NCBI GenBank assembly: GCA_964016885.1
Contig: OZ024750.1
Span: 51,832,001-51,896,000 of the forward strand
DNA: 64,000 nt
Source: Eledone cirrhosa
Taxonomy: Eukaryota
Reading direction: 5' to 3'
Shown: positions 1 through 16,542 of the stretch, piece by piece
Layout of the letters: each line of letters starts with the position of its first letter
Numbering within the stretch: position 1 is the first letter of the stretch
Notes under the pieces: generated by a model
What the model was told of the DNA's origin: nothing
Databases searched by the model: none
The model's input: only the letters and a program-made list of their open reading frames with translations
Made by a program: the position numbers and the translations under genes

Positions 1-345
1 CAAGTGCGTGCAGAACGGTTTCGTCGCTCTGTGCGCATCTTGGACAGGTCCGTCTGACAGCACTTCCCTGCCTGTAGAGTTTATCCCGAACATGCAGTTC
101 CCCCCACCCACCCCCCACCCCCACCGGTAGCACTGCCAAGCGAGGGATTTCTAGAAATTGTCCATCGACCCCGGCTCGAAAGTCCTCCGGTACAGACTGG
201 TCAGTTCGACTCCGTCGAGGCCCAAAGCTTCTCCGAGTGTGTTATCGCACTTGCCCACCACTGATCCTCTATAGAAGTCGAGAGTTTGAAGTTCCACTGA
301 TCACATTGCCCGCTTGGTAGAGGGCAGTGAGTGCCTGGCAATATT
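1..345 (-). mobile_element. Tx1/L1-clade LINE ORF2 3' fragment (degenerate)
   Basis: Clear nucleotide similarity to 61740-62000 and 63740-64000 (e.g. CGGTAGCACTGCCA, TTGTCCATCG, ACAGACTGG), which encode the C-terminal part of the LINE ORF2. Confidence 0.75.
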
Positions 346-411
346 CCAGATGCCACGACGACAATAACAACAACAATAACAACAACAATAACGACGACAA
401 TAACAACAACA

Positions 412-594
412 ATAATTGTTTCTACTTTTGGCACAAGGCCAGCAATCCCCAGTACATTACTGGTACTTTATTTTATCGACCCCGTAAGGATGAAAGCAAA
501 GTGAACCTCGGCGGGATTTGAACTCAGACCGTAAAGCGACGAAACTATGCTGCAAAGCATGGCGTCCGACCCTCTAGCGATACTGCCAATTCAC
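412..594 (-). mobile_element. tRNA-derived SINE (octopus-type), copy 1
   Basis: Reverse complement has an A-box-like TGGCAGTATCG, B box GAGTTCAAATCCC and body TTTCATCCTTACGGGGTCGATAAAATAAAGTACCAG. Seven near-identical copies occur in the window. Confidence 0.85.
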
Positions 595-899
595 AACAAT
601 AATAACAACAATAATAACAACAATAACAGCAGCAATAATGACAACAATAACAACAACAATAACAACACAATAACAACAACAATAACAACAACAATAACAA
701 CAACAATAACAACAACAATAACAACAGCAATAACAACAACAATAACAACAACGATAACAACAACAATAACAACAACAATAACAACAACAATAACAACACA
801 ATAACAACAACAATAACAACAACAATAACAACAACAATAACAACAGCAATAACAACAACAATAACAACAACAATGACAACAGCAATAATGACAGTAACG
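595..899. repeat. (AAC/AAT)n microsatellite
   Basis: Imperfect AACAACAACAAT array; a similar tract lies at 357-415. Confidence 0.95.
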
Positions 900-917
900 A
901 AAAGAGGCCCCGTTTAC

Positions 918-999
918 CTGTGGCGTCCATAAATGCCTCGAAACCTTCTGGCAATTCCTCGCCTTGTTTCCATTTTCCACGGAAAAGATCGATCGACAT
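918..999 (-). CDS. First coding exon of a fatty-acid-binding protein / intracellular lipid-binding protein (FABP/iLBP) family gene
   Basis: AAAC-ATG start encoding MSIDLFRGKWKQGEELPEGFEAFMDAT-G, which matches the iLBP N-terminal pattern F-x-G-x-W...E-x-F-E-x-F-M-x-A-x-G. It ends in a phase-1 donor (ACAG|GTAAAC) at the Gly codon, the conserved position of FABP intron 1. Downstream exons would lie before position 1. Confidence 0.8.
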
Positions 1000-1519
1000 G
1001 TTTGCTAGTTCGATTTCCTTTCGATTCACCAAATAATTTTTTTTTTTTTAAATGAATGAATCTATATTTAAAGATGACTGAAAACTTGCTGAAGTTAAAT
1101 CTCCGTTCTCGTCCTGTTGTTGTGTGGTGTAGATGTTGTTGCTGTGGTGGCTGTTGTTATGTCACGAAATACATGAATCGATATGTATATAGTGTCTGAT
1201 ATCAACGTATTTTTTGTTGTGGTTGTTGTGGTTGTTGTATTGGTATGGTTGTCGTGGTTGTTGTGGTTGTTGTATTGGTGGTGGTTGTTGTGGTGTGGTT
1301 GTTGTGGGTTTGGGATACGATCGTTTGTTATGCAGAAGACACAGCAGGCAATATGCTGAGCGGGCGCAGTTGGGATAAATGTGAAGCGAGTGCAAAGGTT
1401 TGTTATGTTGTAGTGAAGAAGATAGAGGAGGAAGGAGAGATGGAGATGGGGATGGGGGGAGGGGGCGTGGCGCGGTGGGAGAGAAAGGAGGTGAGCGGAC
1501 AGACAGACAGGCGCAGACA

Positions 1520-4500
1520 AGCACACACACTCACGCACACACAGGCACACACACACATTTAGTCATATACACACTACATAAATATGCACACATATACACA
1601 GACACTTACATATACACACATATAGACAGACACTCAGACATACACACATAAAGACACACACTCACACATACACACATAAAGACACACACTCACACATACA
1701 CACATAAAGACAGACACTCACACACACATATAGACAGACACTCACACATACACACATATAGACAGATACTCACACATACACACATAAAGACACATACTCA
1801 CACACACATATAGACAGACACACACACACACACACATAAAGACAGACACTCACACAAACACACATATAGACAGACACACATATACACAGACACTTACACA
1901 TACACACATATAGACAGACACTCACACATACACACATAAAGACACACACTCACACATACACACATAAAGACACACACTCACACATACACAGATAAAGACA
2001 CACACTCACACACACACATATAGACAGACACTCACACATACACACATATAGACAGACACTCACACACACATATAGACAGACACTCACACATACACACATA
2101 TAGACAGACACTCACACATACACACATAAAGACACATACTCACACACACATATAGACAGACACACACACACACACACATAAAGACAGACACTCACACAAA
2201 CACACATATAGACAGACACACACACACACACACACAGAAAGACACACACTCACACATACACATATAGACAGACACTCACACACACACACATATAGACAGA
2301 CACTCACACATACACATATAGACAGACACTCACACATACACATATAGACAGACACTCACACACATACACATATAGACAGACACTCACACATACACATAAA
2401 GACACACACTCACACACACATAAAGACACACACTCACACATACACATAAAGACACACACTCACACACACATAAAGACATACACATATAGACACACACTCA
2501 CACATACACCATAAAGACAGACACTCACACATACACATATAGACACACACTCACATACACACATAAAGACACACACTCACACATACACATAACGACACAC
2601 ACTCACACACACACATAAAGACACACACTGACACACACATAAAGACACACACTCACCCATACACATATCGACACACACTCACACACACACATAAAGACAC
2701 ACACTCACACACACACATAAAGACACACACTCACACACACACATAAAGACACACGCTCACACACACACATAAAGACACACACTCACACACACACATAAAG
2801 ACACACACTCACACATACACATATAGACACACTCACACATACACACATATAGACAGACACTCACACGTACACATAAAGACACACATAAAGACACACACAC
2901 ACACACATAAAGACACACACTCACACATACACACATAAAGACACACACTCACACACACACATAAAGACACACACTCACACACACGCATAAAGACACACAC
3001 TCACACACACACACATAAAGACACACACTCACACACACACATAAAGACACACACTCACACATACACATAAAGACACACACTCACACACACATAAAGACAC
3101 ACACTCACACACACATAAAGACACATACTCACCCATACACATATAGACACACATAAAGACACACACACACATATAGACAGCAACTCACACATACACACAT
3201 AAAGACACACACTCACACACACACATAAAGACACACACTCACACACACGCATAAAGACACACACTCACACACACACATAAAGACACACACTCACACATAC
3301 ACATATAGACAGACAGTCACACACACACACATAAAGACAGACACTCACACATACATATATAGACAGACACTCACACACACAGACATATAGACATACACTC
3401 ACACAAACACACATATAGACATACACTCACACATACACATATAGACAGACACACACATACACACATGTAGACACATACTCACACACACACATACAGACAC
3501 ACACTCACACAAACACACATATAGACAGACACTCACAAATACACATAGACAGACACTCACACACACACTCACACACACATATAGACACACTCGCACACAC
3601 ATATAGACACACACTCGCACACACACACATATAGACACACACTCACACACACACACATATAGACACACACTCACACATACACATATAGACAGACACTCAC
3701 ACACATATAGACAGACACTCACACAAACACACATAAAGACACACACTCACACACACACATAAAGACACACACTCACACACACGCATAAAGACACACACTC
3801 ACACACACACACATAAAGACACACACTCACACACACACATAAAGACACACACTCACACATACACATAAAGACACACACTCACACACACACATAAAGACAC
3901 ACACTCACACACACATAAAGACACATACTCACCCATACACATATAGACACACATAAAGACACACACACACATATAGACAGCAACTCACACATACACACAT
4001 AAAGACACACACTCACACACACACATAAAGACACACACTCACACACACGCATAAAGACACACACTCACACACACACATAAAGACACACACTCACACATAC
4101 ACATATAGACAGACAGTCACACACACACACATAAAGACAGACACTCACACATACATATATAGACAGACACTCACACACACAGACATATAGACATACACTC
4201 ACACAAACACACATATAGACATACACTCACACATACACATATAGACAGACACACACATACACACATGTAGACACATACTCACACACACACATACAGACAC
4301 ACACTCACACAAACACACATATAGACAGACACTCACAAATACACATAGACAGACACTCACACACACACTCACACACACATATAGACACACTCGCACACAC
4401 ATATAGACACACACTCGCACACACACACATATAGACACACACTCACACACACACACATATAGACACACACTCACACATACACATATAGACAGACACTCAC

Positions 4501-6090
4501 ACACATATAGACAGACACTCACACAAACACACATAAAGACACACACTCACACACACATATAGACACACACTCACACACTCACACACACACATATAGACAC
4601 ACTCACACATACACATAGACAGACACTCACACACATATAGACAGACACTCACACAAACACACATAAAGACACACACTCACACACACATATAGACACACAC
4701 TCACACACTCACACACACACATAAAGACACACACTCACACACACATAAAGACACACACTCACACATACACACATATAGACACACACTCACACATACACAT
4801 ATAGACAGACACTCACACGCACACACATATGGACACACACACACACATATATATATATAAGTATAATAGACACACACACACGCACACATAGACAGACACA
4901 TATACAGCGAAACACGACAAAAGCTAAAACATCTCGCTACAACATTCACAGTTACCTCCCCTACCACTTCCGTTCATATTTTAGTAGTGTCTTAACTTTC
5001 CTTCTACCTTCTCTCCCCCTCCCACTCGCTCCCCCGTCTCTCTCACTCTCTCTCACTCTCTTCCCCACTCTCTCTCTCTCACTCTCTCTCCCGCTCTCTT
5101 CCTCTACCTCGCTTTCGTTCTTTCTTCTTTTCTCTTCTCTTTCACTTTCTTCCTTCTATCCCACCCCTACCCCCGCTTCCCGTTTCTTAGAGACGTGTAC
5201 ACACACACATATATACATATATACATATATACATACACACATATACATATACACATATACATATATATATATACATATACACATATACATATACACATAT
5301 ACATATACACACATATACATATACACATATACATATACACATATACATATACACATATACATATACACATATACATATACACATATACATATACACATAT
5401 ACATATACACATATACATATACATAAACACATATACACATATACATATACACATATACATATATATACATATACTTATATATATACATATACATATACAT
5501 ATATACACACATACATATACATATATATACATATGAATATATACACACATACATATACATATATATACATATACATATGTACACACATATATATATACAT
5601 ACACACATACATATACACATATACATATACACACACATACATATACACACACATACTTACACAAGCAAACATACATACACACATATACACACATACACAT
5701 ACACGTACACGTACGCACATATATATACCCACACACATACCATCATGCACACATATACACACACAAACACATATAGACGCATATACATAAACACACACAC
5801 ACACAAACACAAACACATACACATACACACGCATAGACACATGCACACACAAACACGCACATACACATACACAAACATACGCATATACACATGCACACAC
5901 ACACACACACATCTACACACCCATCTACACACCCATCTACACACACATGCACACACATACACACACACACACTCACACATACATACACACTCTCAAACAC
6001 ACACATACACATACATACACACTCACACACATACATACACACTCACAAACACACATACATACACACTCACAAATACACATACACATCCAT
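1520..6090. repeat. Compound (CA)/(TA)-derived micro/minisatellite block
   Basis: Units such as ACACACATAAAGACACACACTC and CATATACA, interrupted at ~4890-5190 by unique and CT-rich sequence; contains an exact 800-bp duplication. Confidence 0.95.
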
Positions 6091-7477
6091 TGTACAATAC
6101 CCTCCCATCTTCCTCTCCTTATTCAATCAGCTTTTATATAATTTTTTTCATTCTTTTTATTGTTTTGTTATATTGTTATTTTGATCTCTTGTCTGTCAAA
6201 CTGTCTGCCTGCCTGCCTGTCTGTCTGTCTGTCTGTCTGTCGTTCTGTCTGTCTGTCTATCTGTCTGTCTCTCTGTCTCTCTGTCTGTCTGTCTATCTGT
6301 CTGTCTCTCTGTCTCTCTGTCTGTATGTCTGTCTGACTGTCTATCACACTCTTCGGAGAATCCTAATCTTTAAATGATTAGGAGAGGTGAGTGATTTCTT
6401 TTCCTCTTCTTTTAACTTTTCAGCCCCAACATGGCCAATATAAGAGTTGGGTGTGTGAATGCCCTGGAAACAGGGCAAACTCTTAAACGACCTCAGGTCG
6501 CACAGTATGGATGTAGTAGCTATTTGCGAGTCCAGGATCCACAGCGAGCGACAACTGGCCCCCATCTTCGACGACTTTGAGATCTACGCATCTCTCTGTC
6601 AGCCGGGAGGAGGGGGTGGGGTTGCCGTTTTGCTGCGCAAACACATGGACCTCGTAACACAGACGGTACATCTGGACCCGGATGGTCGACTGGTGGTCCT
6701 AGACGTTGACGGTAGTGAAGGTGGAGCCTTCAGGCTGGTGGCCGCATATGCCTCATCCGGGACACCGCGGCCAGACTTCTTCAAACGTCTAGAGACTTTT
6801 CTGGGAACGTCCCGCTCCCTGCTGTTAGTGGTGGACTGCTGGAATGAAATCCTAGATGCACGTTGGGTCTATGTGGGAGCATGTCCCGATAGAGGGGGGT
6901 GTAACAGCCTCAAACAGTTAATCGGCCGATTTGACCTGGCCGATAGATATCGACTAGATTTTCCGACTGTGCCACTGTGGACGTGGACTAATCGTAGCGG
7001 ATCATCTAGATCAAAGGTTCTCAACGGGGGGCATATGCACCCCCGGGGGGGGGGGGCGTTTCAGAACTCCAGGGGACGTTTGGGGCGTTAGGGAGGCGTT
7101 TGGAGCTTTGGAAGGCTGTTTACTTTGGTAAGTTTTATAAGCCATATTTGTATGTCTTTGACACAGCCAGTGTGAATGCATTTGAATGAGCATGCAGACA
7201 GCATAACTATGGTCTGACCGCAGCTGTGAGCAGGTGTGCAGGCGTGTCTAGACATTAACCAGCAATTGAGATCCTAACAATGGAAAAGCCTCATAGTCTA
7301 CTGGGTCAAGGACACTTCGAGTCTAACCAGTTAGAATCTTATCTTTCCTTCACCAATAACAATGTATTTCATGTCTAAAGTTATTGACTCAACCGTAACG
7401 AGTTAACACTATGTAGATCTATTTTATTCCCTATTGTCTAAATAATATTACAAATAAAAAAGAAAAACAAACACAGA

Positions 7478-7917
7478 AGCAGGTAGCACACACATCTAGG
7501 ACCACATACAACACATAAGCAGGTAATACACACATCTAGGACCACATACAACACATAAGCAGGTAATACACACATGTAGGACCACATGCAACACATAAGG
7601 AGGTAGCACACATATCTAGGACCACATACAACACACAGGCAGGTAATACATACATTTAGGACCACATACAACACATAATTAGGTAATACAAACATCTAGG
7701 ACCACATACAACACATAATCAGGTAATACAAACATCTAGGACCACATACAACACATAATCAGGTAATACAAACATCTAGGACCACATACAACACACAAGC
7801 AGGTAATACATACAGCTGGGACCACATGCAATACATAAGAAGGTAATACATACATCTAGGACTACCTACAACACACAGGCAGGTAATACATACATCTAGG
7901 ACCAAATACAACACACA
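7478..7917. repeat. 40-bp minisatellite (~11 copies) inside the hAT element
   Basis: Unit approximately GCAGGTAATACACACATCTAGGACCACATACAACACATAA, period 40. Confidence 0.92.
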
Positions 7918-7924
7918 TTGTATC

Positions 7925-8315
7925 ATGTGCTACGGACGACGCAAGAGCAATCGTCGGCCAACATAAGGGTTTCGTCACTCTTCTGAAGAAAGAAAATCTA
8001 TCTGTATTTGTTGTTCATTGTGTCAATCATCGACAACACTTGGCTGCGAAGAAACTCAGCAAGCAGCTGAGCAAGTCCTTGCAGGTGGCCCTTGATGTCA
8101 TCAATTTTATCAAACGGCATTCCCTCAATGAACGAATTTTCCGGCAACTGTGTCAAAATAATGACGAAGAATTCGTCAAGTTGCTCCTTCATAATGAAGT
8201 GAGGTGGCTTTCAAAGGGCAAGTGCCTTACTCACTTCTTTGAACTGTTCGACTCTATTATTGAGTTTCTACGAGGACGCAACACAGAACTGTACAAGAAG
8301 ACCCTCGATGTGAGG
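7925..8315 (+). pseudogene. hAT transposase fragment
   Basis: CATDDARAIVGQHKGF..HCVNHRQHLAAK..VINFIK..LLLHNEVRWLSKG: the CxxH and RWLS motifs of Buster/ZBED5/SCAND3-type transposases. Confidence 0.88.
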
Positions 8316-9017
8316 CAAAACTGCGCCTCACATCGCCTCACTCTCAGCTGCCTTCAATAGTATCTTTGGGATATTGTTAATCAATTTTTTAGAAATCTAC
8401 TGATATCAAAATCAGTAGTATATTGAAAAATGGAAAAATAGAGTGGGGGGGGGCGTTTCGTGATTTCAAGGGACAAAAGGGGGCGTTTGGCCTAAATGGG
8501 TTGAGAACCTGTGATCTAGATCGTACCTAGATAGAGTTCTAGTTAGAAAGAAGGATAGGGACATGTTAAGCTGTCTACAAATGTTCATGGTTGCCTATTC
8601 AGATCACAAATTAGTGACCTGCTTAGTCAACCTTGACAAAACCCATAGACAGGGACCCGTCTACTGGAAGCTGAACTTGTCGTTACCAACATGCAAAGCC
8701 TACAGTAGACGGATTAGCACTTTAGTTAAGCAGCACTTGACGGGGACCATTGCCAAAATATACGGTAGTGTCCAATCCGTATGAAGAACTCAATGTAATC
8801 CAAATATCATGAAAAGAGAATATGCATTCAAAAATTTTCGATAAAAATCATAGGAAAACAGAGTCAAGATAAATTAATAAAAACCATGAAATAAAAACAA
8901 AGAACAAGTTCCTTATATTAAAAAATTCATCATTTTACGATCGTTTCTGGGATGTATATATGTGTTGGTATGTATGTCATATAGATCTATGTAAAAACAT
9001 CTGTATACATATATATA

Positions 9018-9458
9018 TGTACGTGTACATACTTATATTTAAGTAACAGCCGTACTAAGAGTGGGAAATGAAATTTCGTTTCATTTTCTCCGTTTATCGT
9101 TTTCGGTGCACCCGGCCGATTAACTCACTCGATATGCAAATTGGGCTACTCAGCCGTTAATATGCATAAGGTAAGTATATACGTTCAACAATCTGGCAGG
9201 AAGGTATACGTTGCTGACGATAGCTAATAAGCTTGAAACTAGTACAGCGTTCCTTTGTCAGTGTTGAACAAACGAGCAACGATGGTTGCTGGATACTACG
9301 GCTTAATACGGGGTGTTTGTTTACAAACACACCGAGCATTATAATAAATGTTCGGTGAATCGATACGTACATATATATATGTGTGCATGTATGTATATAA
9401 TATATACATACTACTGTACGTCTCTATACATATATGTATGTACGTGTACATACTTATA
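9018..9458 (+). mobile_element. ~421-bp hammerhead-containing retrozyme-like repeat, copy 1
   Basis: Reverse-complement homolog of 11790-12290, 44187-44573 and 49392-49840; 20-nt terminal redundancy TGTACGTGTACATACTTATA at 9018 and 9439. Confidence 0.75.
9208..9250 (+). ncRNA. Minimal type I hammerhead ribozyme
   Basis: ACGTTG CTGACGA t AGCT aata AGCT t GAAA CTAG TA CAGCGT: 6-bp stem I, intact core, palindromic stem III (ACTAGT), GUA cleavage triplet. Confidence 0.85.
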
Positions 9459-10007
9459 TATATATATATCCTGATATCTTTGTAACTTCTTATCCATCTC
9501 GCTATCTTTCCATTCGTCAATCAATTCTCTCTCTCTCTCTTTATTCTCTCTCTCCTCTCTCTTCCCCTTCCTCTCTACTCTCTCTTCCACTCTCTTTTAC
9601 TCCTCTCTCCTCCTACACCTCTCACTCTCTCGCCTCTCCCACACAAACACAAACACACACGCATACATTTACACACATGCACTCAAACATTCATATGTTT
9701 ATTTACACTCACTCACACACATCCACACACACTCACACACACACACACACAACTTCATCGATCTCCCCAGACTCACAAAGGTCACGGCTCCCTCCCCCCT
9801 CTCGTCCTCCCCTTCCATCTTCTAATTAATGACAAAATACACATTTGAACAAACGCACTCACACACACACACACACACACACACTCTCTCACACTCACAC
9901 ACACACACACCCTCTCACACTCACACACACACACTCACACACACACACTCTCTCTCTCTCACACACACAGACACACTCACACACACACACTTTCTCACAC
10001 ACACACA

Positions 10008-10038
<31 letters not shown>

Positions 10039-10269
10039 TCTCTCACACACACTCACACACTCACTCTCTGACACACACACTCACACACACGCACTCACAC
10101 TCACACACACTCACACTCACACACACTCACACACTCACACTCACACACTCATTGTCCCTCTCTCTCTCCCTCTCCATCTCCCCTCTCCCTCTCTCTCCCT
10201 CTCACTGTCCCTCTCTCAGTCTCCCCTTCTCCCTCCCTCAAATAGTCTATCCCTCTACATGGCTAAATG

Positions 10270-11645
<1,376 letters not shown>

Positions 11646-11678
11646 GTAACCCATTTGCAGCGCCGCAGCTCTATTATT

Positions 11679-12290
<612 letters not shown>

Positions 12291-12810
12291 CATATATGGT
12301 TTACATATATGGTTTACACATATATGGTTTACACATATATGGTTTACACGTACATTTATATATATATATATATATAAATTTTAGTACAGCATTAACGAAG
12401 CTTTAGAACACGGCCAAGCTAACGAATGCAGAATCGGCCTGTAGCTTTAGCACTCAGATGTGGAAAAGAACCCCAGAGTAATAACATTACGTTCAGACAG
12501 CTTAGCAAATCAGATATAGCGGTCAGCAGTCCAGCCGCATCACTAGAGCAACGAAAATACAGGAGCCAGGAAAAGATTTTAGACTGACCTGGACAAAGCG
12601 GTGAGGCTGAATGCAAAATGTATAATGTACATCGTATATCACACAATATACATCACATACAGCACCCAACATCAGCGCTAAGTTACTGCAAATCCAAGAT
12701 CGACAAATTCCGATATATATATATATATATATACATATATATAGATATATAGATACATATATATATATTAATTTTTATATAATAAATGTAATCTGAGTTT
12801 TTCGAAAATT

Positions 12811-13001
12811 AATAATTGTTTCTACTTTTGGCACAAGGCCAGCAATTTTCCCAGTGTATTACTGGTACTTTATTTTATCGACCCCATAAGGATGAAAGGC
12901 AAAGTTAACCTCGGCGGGATTTGAACTCACACAATAAAGGGCCGTAACTCTTTGCTTGCAAAGCATGGCGTCTGACCCTTTACCGATACTGCCAATCCAC
13001 C
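12811..13001 (-). mobile_element. tRNA-derived SINE, copy 2
   Basis: Same family as 412-594. Confidence 0.85.
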
Positions 13002-13550
13002 AACATTCGATTCGTTTGCAATTATGCAAACACCCCTCAATTCTACAGTTATGTCAGTAGAATGAACCCTTCATTCTTGCTCGTGTGTTGGCATGCGAAC
13101 AGAACTGCAGACACTAATGTTTCTGGGTATCGCCCTTCATCAGTACAGCTTACAGTTCACCTACCAAACTGTCAGAGCTAGTGAAAATATATGCTATTGT
13201 CAAAAATACACCTTAGCGAATCTGGTCCCTTACGATTTGAACACATATATGTATATGACTGTGTTTGTCTTTCTTTTATTATTAATTATAATATACGGCT
13301 CGGAAAAATCTCTTTCCTAGAGCTATTTTGTTGCAAGTGACTATTTTGAGTTTCTAACTCAATATATACCTTTGACATATTCGGCTCCGTTAACTTGTTG
13401 AGCTAATTCAAATGTCGAGTAAACCTGGCTGCTATTTTTAATGGTGTGAGTTTGTGAGACACGCTAAGTTCAGATACCATGTGCGTTATTATATATACGC
13501 ACAGTATTCAGTTTTTTAATATAGTTAGAAGTGTCCAGGGTACTAATTCT

Positions 13551-13630
13551 TCACCCACTGATGAGCAAGAATTAGTATTCCCCTTCACAATTAATTTTGC
13601 GAAACAGCATTACCAAAGCTGTCCGGGTGA
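13551..13630 (+). ncRNA. Type I hammerhead ribozyme
   Basis: TCACCCa CTGATGA GCAAgAATTA..TAATTTTGC GAAA CAGC attaccaaa GCTG TC cGGGTGA. All three stems and a GUC triplet are present, with one A-C mismatch at the base of stem I. Confidence 0.85.
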
Positions 13631-13881
13631 TTGGTAGTTACCACAATTCCGGTTTGTATTTCTTTTCTTGATTTATTCTTAAATTGAGTCTGACAAACCC
13701 TATTGTCTATAGTTAGTATTCTTTTCACCTTAGCGAATCTGGTCCCTTACGATTTGAACACACACACACACACATATATATATGTATATATATAGGTACG
13801 TTATTCCGGGTTGAATCGGAGGTAACCACAGTAAGTAAGGTACTCAATACATTGCAGAGTATAAAAGTTTTAATATAGATG

Positions 13882-13932
13882 AGATTCTACAGGACTAGAA
13901 CTGTTTCATTCTTCAGAAATCATCAGGAATCT
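13882..13932 (-). ncRNA. Type I hammerhead ribozyme in a PLE pLTR-like repeat
   Basis: Reverse complement reads AGATTC CTGATGA tTTCTgaAGAAt GAAA CAG ttctagtc CTG TA GAATCT. A further copy lacking the 5' strand of stem I lies at 14672-14716 (+). Confidence 0.8.
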
Positions 13933-14435
13933 GGGTATCAAAAAATAAATATGGTATTTATAGGTCTCTTCAGGTGGTAGGAGAGGGTGGGGAGTGGGAT
14001 GGGTGTAGGTCATTGGTTGATAGAAAGGGGAATTCATTAAAAGCTAATTCTCCAAAGCTATAGTTTATATTTAGAGTAACAAAGCCAGAAAGAATTCTAT
14101 AAACAAGTTCAGGATGGGGTGCCACTCCTTATTTTTAAGTTTCTCTTAAGCTAACAATATCAGGTGTCTATAAGATCATTGGGGGTCAGTCATGGTTGAT
14201 GGATTTAAAGAAAAGGGAAATTCTTTAAAAGCTAATTCTTTAAGGTTCTACTTCGTGACAAAGGCCTAGAGAATTCTATAGACCATTTCAAAATATTGAG
14301 TGCATATCATACCATTATCTTCAAATTTCTCTTAAACTATATTCCAAAAGTCAGCAGACACATTCACAAACACACTCACTCACACACTCGCGCGCACCCA
14401 CATACACCCACACATACATATATATACATATATAC

Positions 14436-14548
<113 letters not shown>

Positions 14549-14752
14549 CATATATATATATATATACATACACCTACATGTACATATATACACACATACA
14601 CATATACATATACACACATATATATATATATATATACGTTATTCCGGGTTGAATCGGAGGTAACCACAGTACTGATGATTTCTAAAGTATGAAACAGTTC
14701 TAGTCCTGTAGAATCTCATCTATATTAAAACTATATATATATATATATACAT

Positions 14753-14841
<89 letters not shown>

Positions 14842-14888
14842 CATACACATATACATACATATATATTCACACATAGAACCATATAAAC

Positions 14889-14937
<49 letters not shown>

Positions 14938-14956
14938 CACATACATATATATACAC

Positions 14957-14998
<42 letters not shown>

Positions 14999-15301
14999 GC
15001 ATATACACATACACACATATACACATGTACACATATATACAACATATATACACATACATCTAAATATACATACATATACACACACATATATACATATATA
15101 CACATACATATATATATACATATATAAATATATATATATATATACACACATATATATACATATATATATATATATATACATATATAAATATACACACACA
15201 CATATATACATATATACACATGTATACACATACACACACACATATATACATATATAAGCACACAGATACACACATATATACATATATACATATATAAACA
15301 T

Positions 15302-15382
<81 letters not shown>

Positions 15383-15383
<1 letters not shown>

Positions 15384-16542
15384 TAGCACTAAAGCCCGGC
15401 GTTGCTCGGGGTGATTAAGTTACCAAAGTTAGGTTGCACCACCCATTTTATGGCAGCGCTTTTTTGTCTGCCAGGCACTGGGTGAATGAATTGCAGACAT
15501 GGAAGCAGGAGCTGCGCCAGCAGTGACAATTGTAGTTTCGCCTATGGATATTATCTCTGTGCAAAAAAGTGTTGAAATTTATTGTTTCACAGTACTTGCG
15601 CAACACGCGCGTAGACGATGCCAGCCGAACAACAGAGCTGCGATGGAGTTGTTCTGCATGGTTGTCTGTGTGTTTTCTAAATTTAAGACAGTAGGGAGGG
15701 TTGTGATATGAGGGAGAGTTAGCTGTTGTTTCTAGCAGGTTTAGTGACCTCATAGAAGATATGTGTTTTCTAAATTTAAGACAGTAGGGAGGGGTGTGGT
15801 ATGGGGGAGAGTTAGCTGCTGTTTCTAGCAGGCTTAGTGACCTTATAGAGGATATTATTGTTTATCATTATCTATAAAAAGCAGATTGTTGTTGTTGTTG
15901 TGTGTGTGCACATGTTCCATGTTTATACATTTGCACAATTTCAAACCGATTCGACTCAAAGTCTGTGAGAATCCAGATTCGTTGAGAGGTTTTAAAAAAG
16001 ATTTATCGCTTGTTGTTGAATAAATGTATCTGTTGCTTTTGAATAATTGTCGTTTCGTATGAAATGTAATAATTGAGCAATAAAAGTTAGTGTGGTTATA
16101 AATCACGCACGTTGTTTAATTGCTTTAAATGTGTTTTTATCATTTGAAGTGAGTGTGTGTTTGTATGCGTTTGTAAATAAATCAGTAAGATTGAAGTATA
16201 AAAGAGAAAGTAGCAAAATGTGTGGGTTGTAGATAGAGGGAAGCAGATGATATGAGAGAGTAAAACGGACAGTATCACCATCAAGCTTGGAAAGATAAAG
16301 TTGCAGAAAGTATGAAGTTATATAGATTTTGAATGGTAGTGGATAGAGTTTAGCAAAAAATCGCAAAATATTGAGTTTTATGTATTTTTTGCGTAATTGT
16401 GGATGAAATTGAAAAAATTAGATGTGCCAAGACGCAATCGAAGCTATTTCGAATACTGAATTGTAAATTTCAATTGAAGATATTCTATATCGTAGATTTC
16501 TATAAGAAAGGACCATGTCCACACACTGAGCTTTATAGATTA

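Larger units (their letters stand above)
7012..8513 (+). mobile_element. hAT (Buster/Charlie-like) DNA transposon, internally deleted
   Basis: TIRs CAAAGGTTCTCAAC (7012) and GTTGAGAACCTGTG (ending 8513), with a perfect 8-bp TSD ATCTAGAT at 7004-7011 and 8514-8521 fitting the NTCTAGAN target preference. Confidence 0.92.
6431..8750 (+). mobile_element. Tx1/L1-clade LINE APE endonuclease fragment, interrupted by a hAT element
   Basis: MANIRVGCVN..., DVVAICESR, GGGVAVLL, GRLVVLDV, FRLVAAYA, WTWTN..SSRS, then after the insertion YLDRVLV...YSDHK...YWKLN: the APE motifs of LINE ORF2. Confidence 0.85.
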
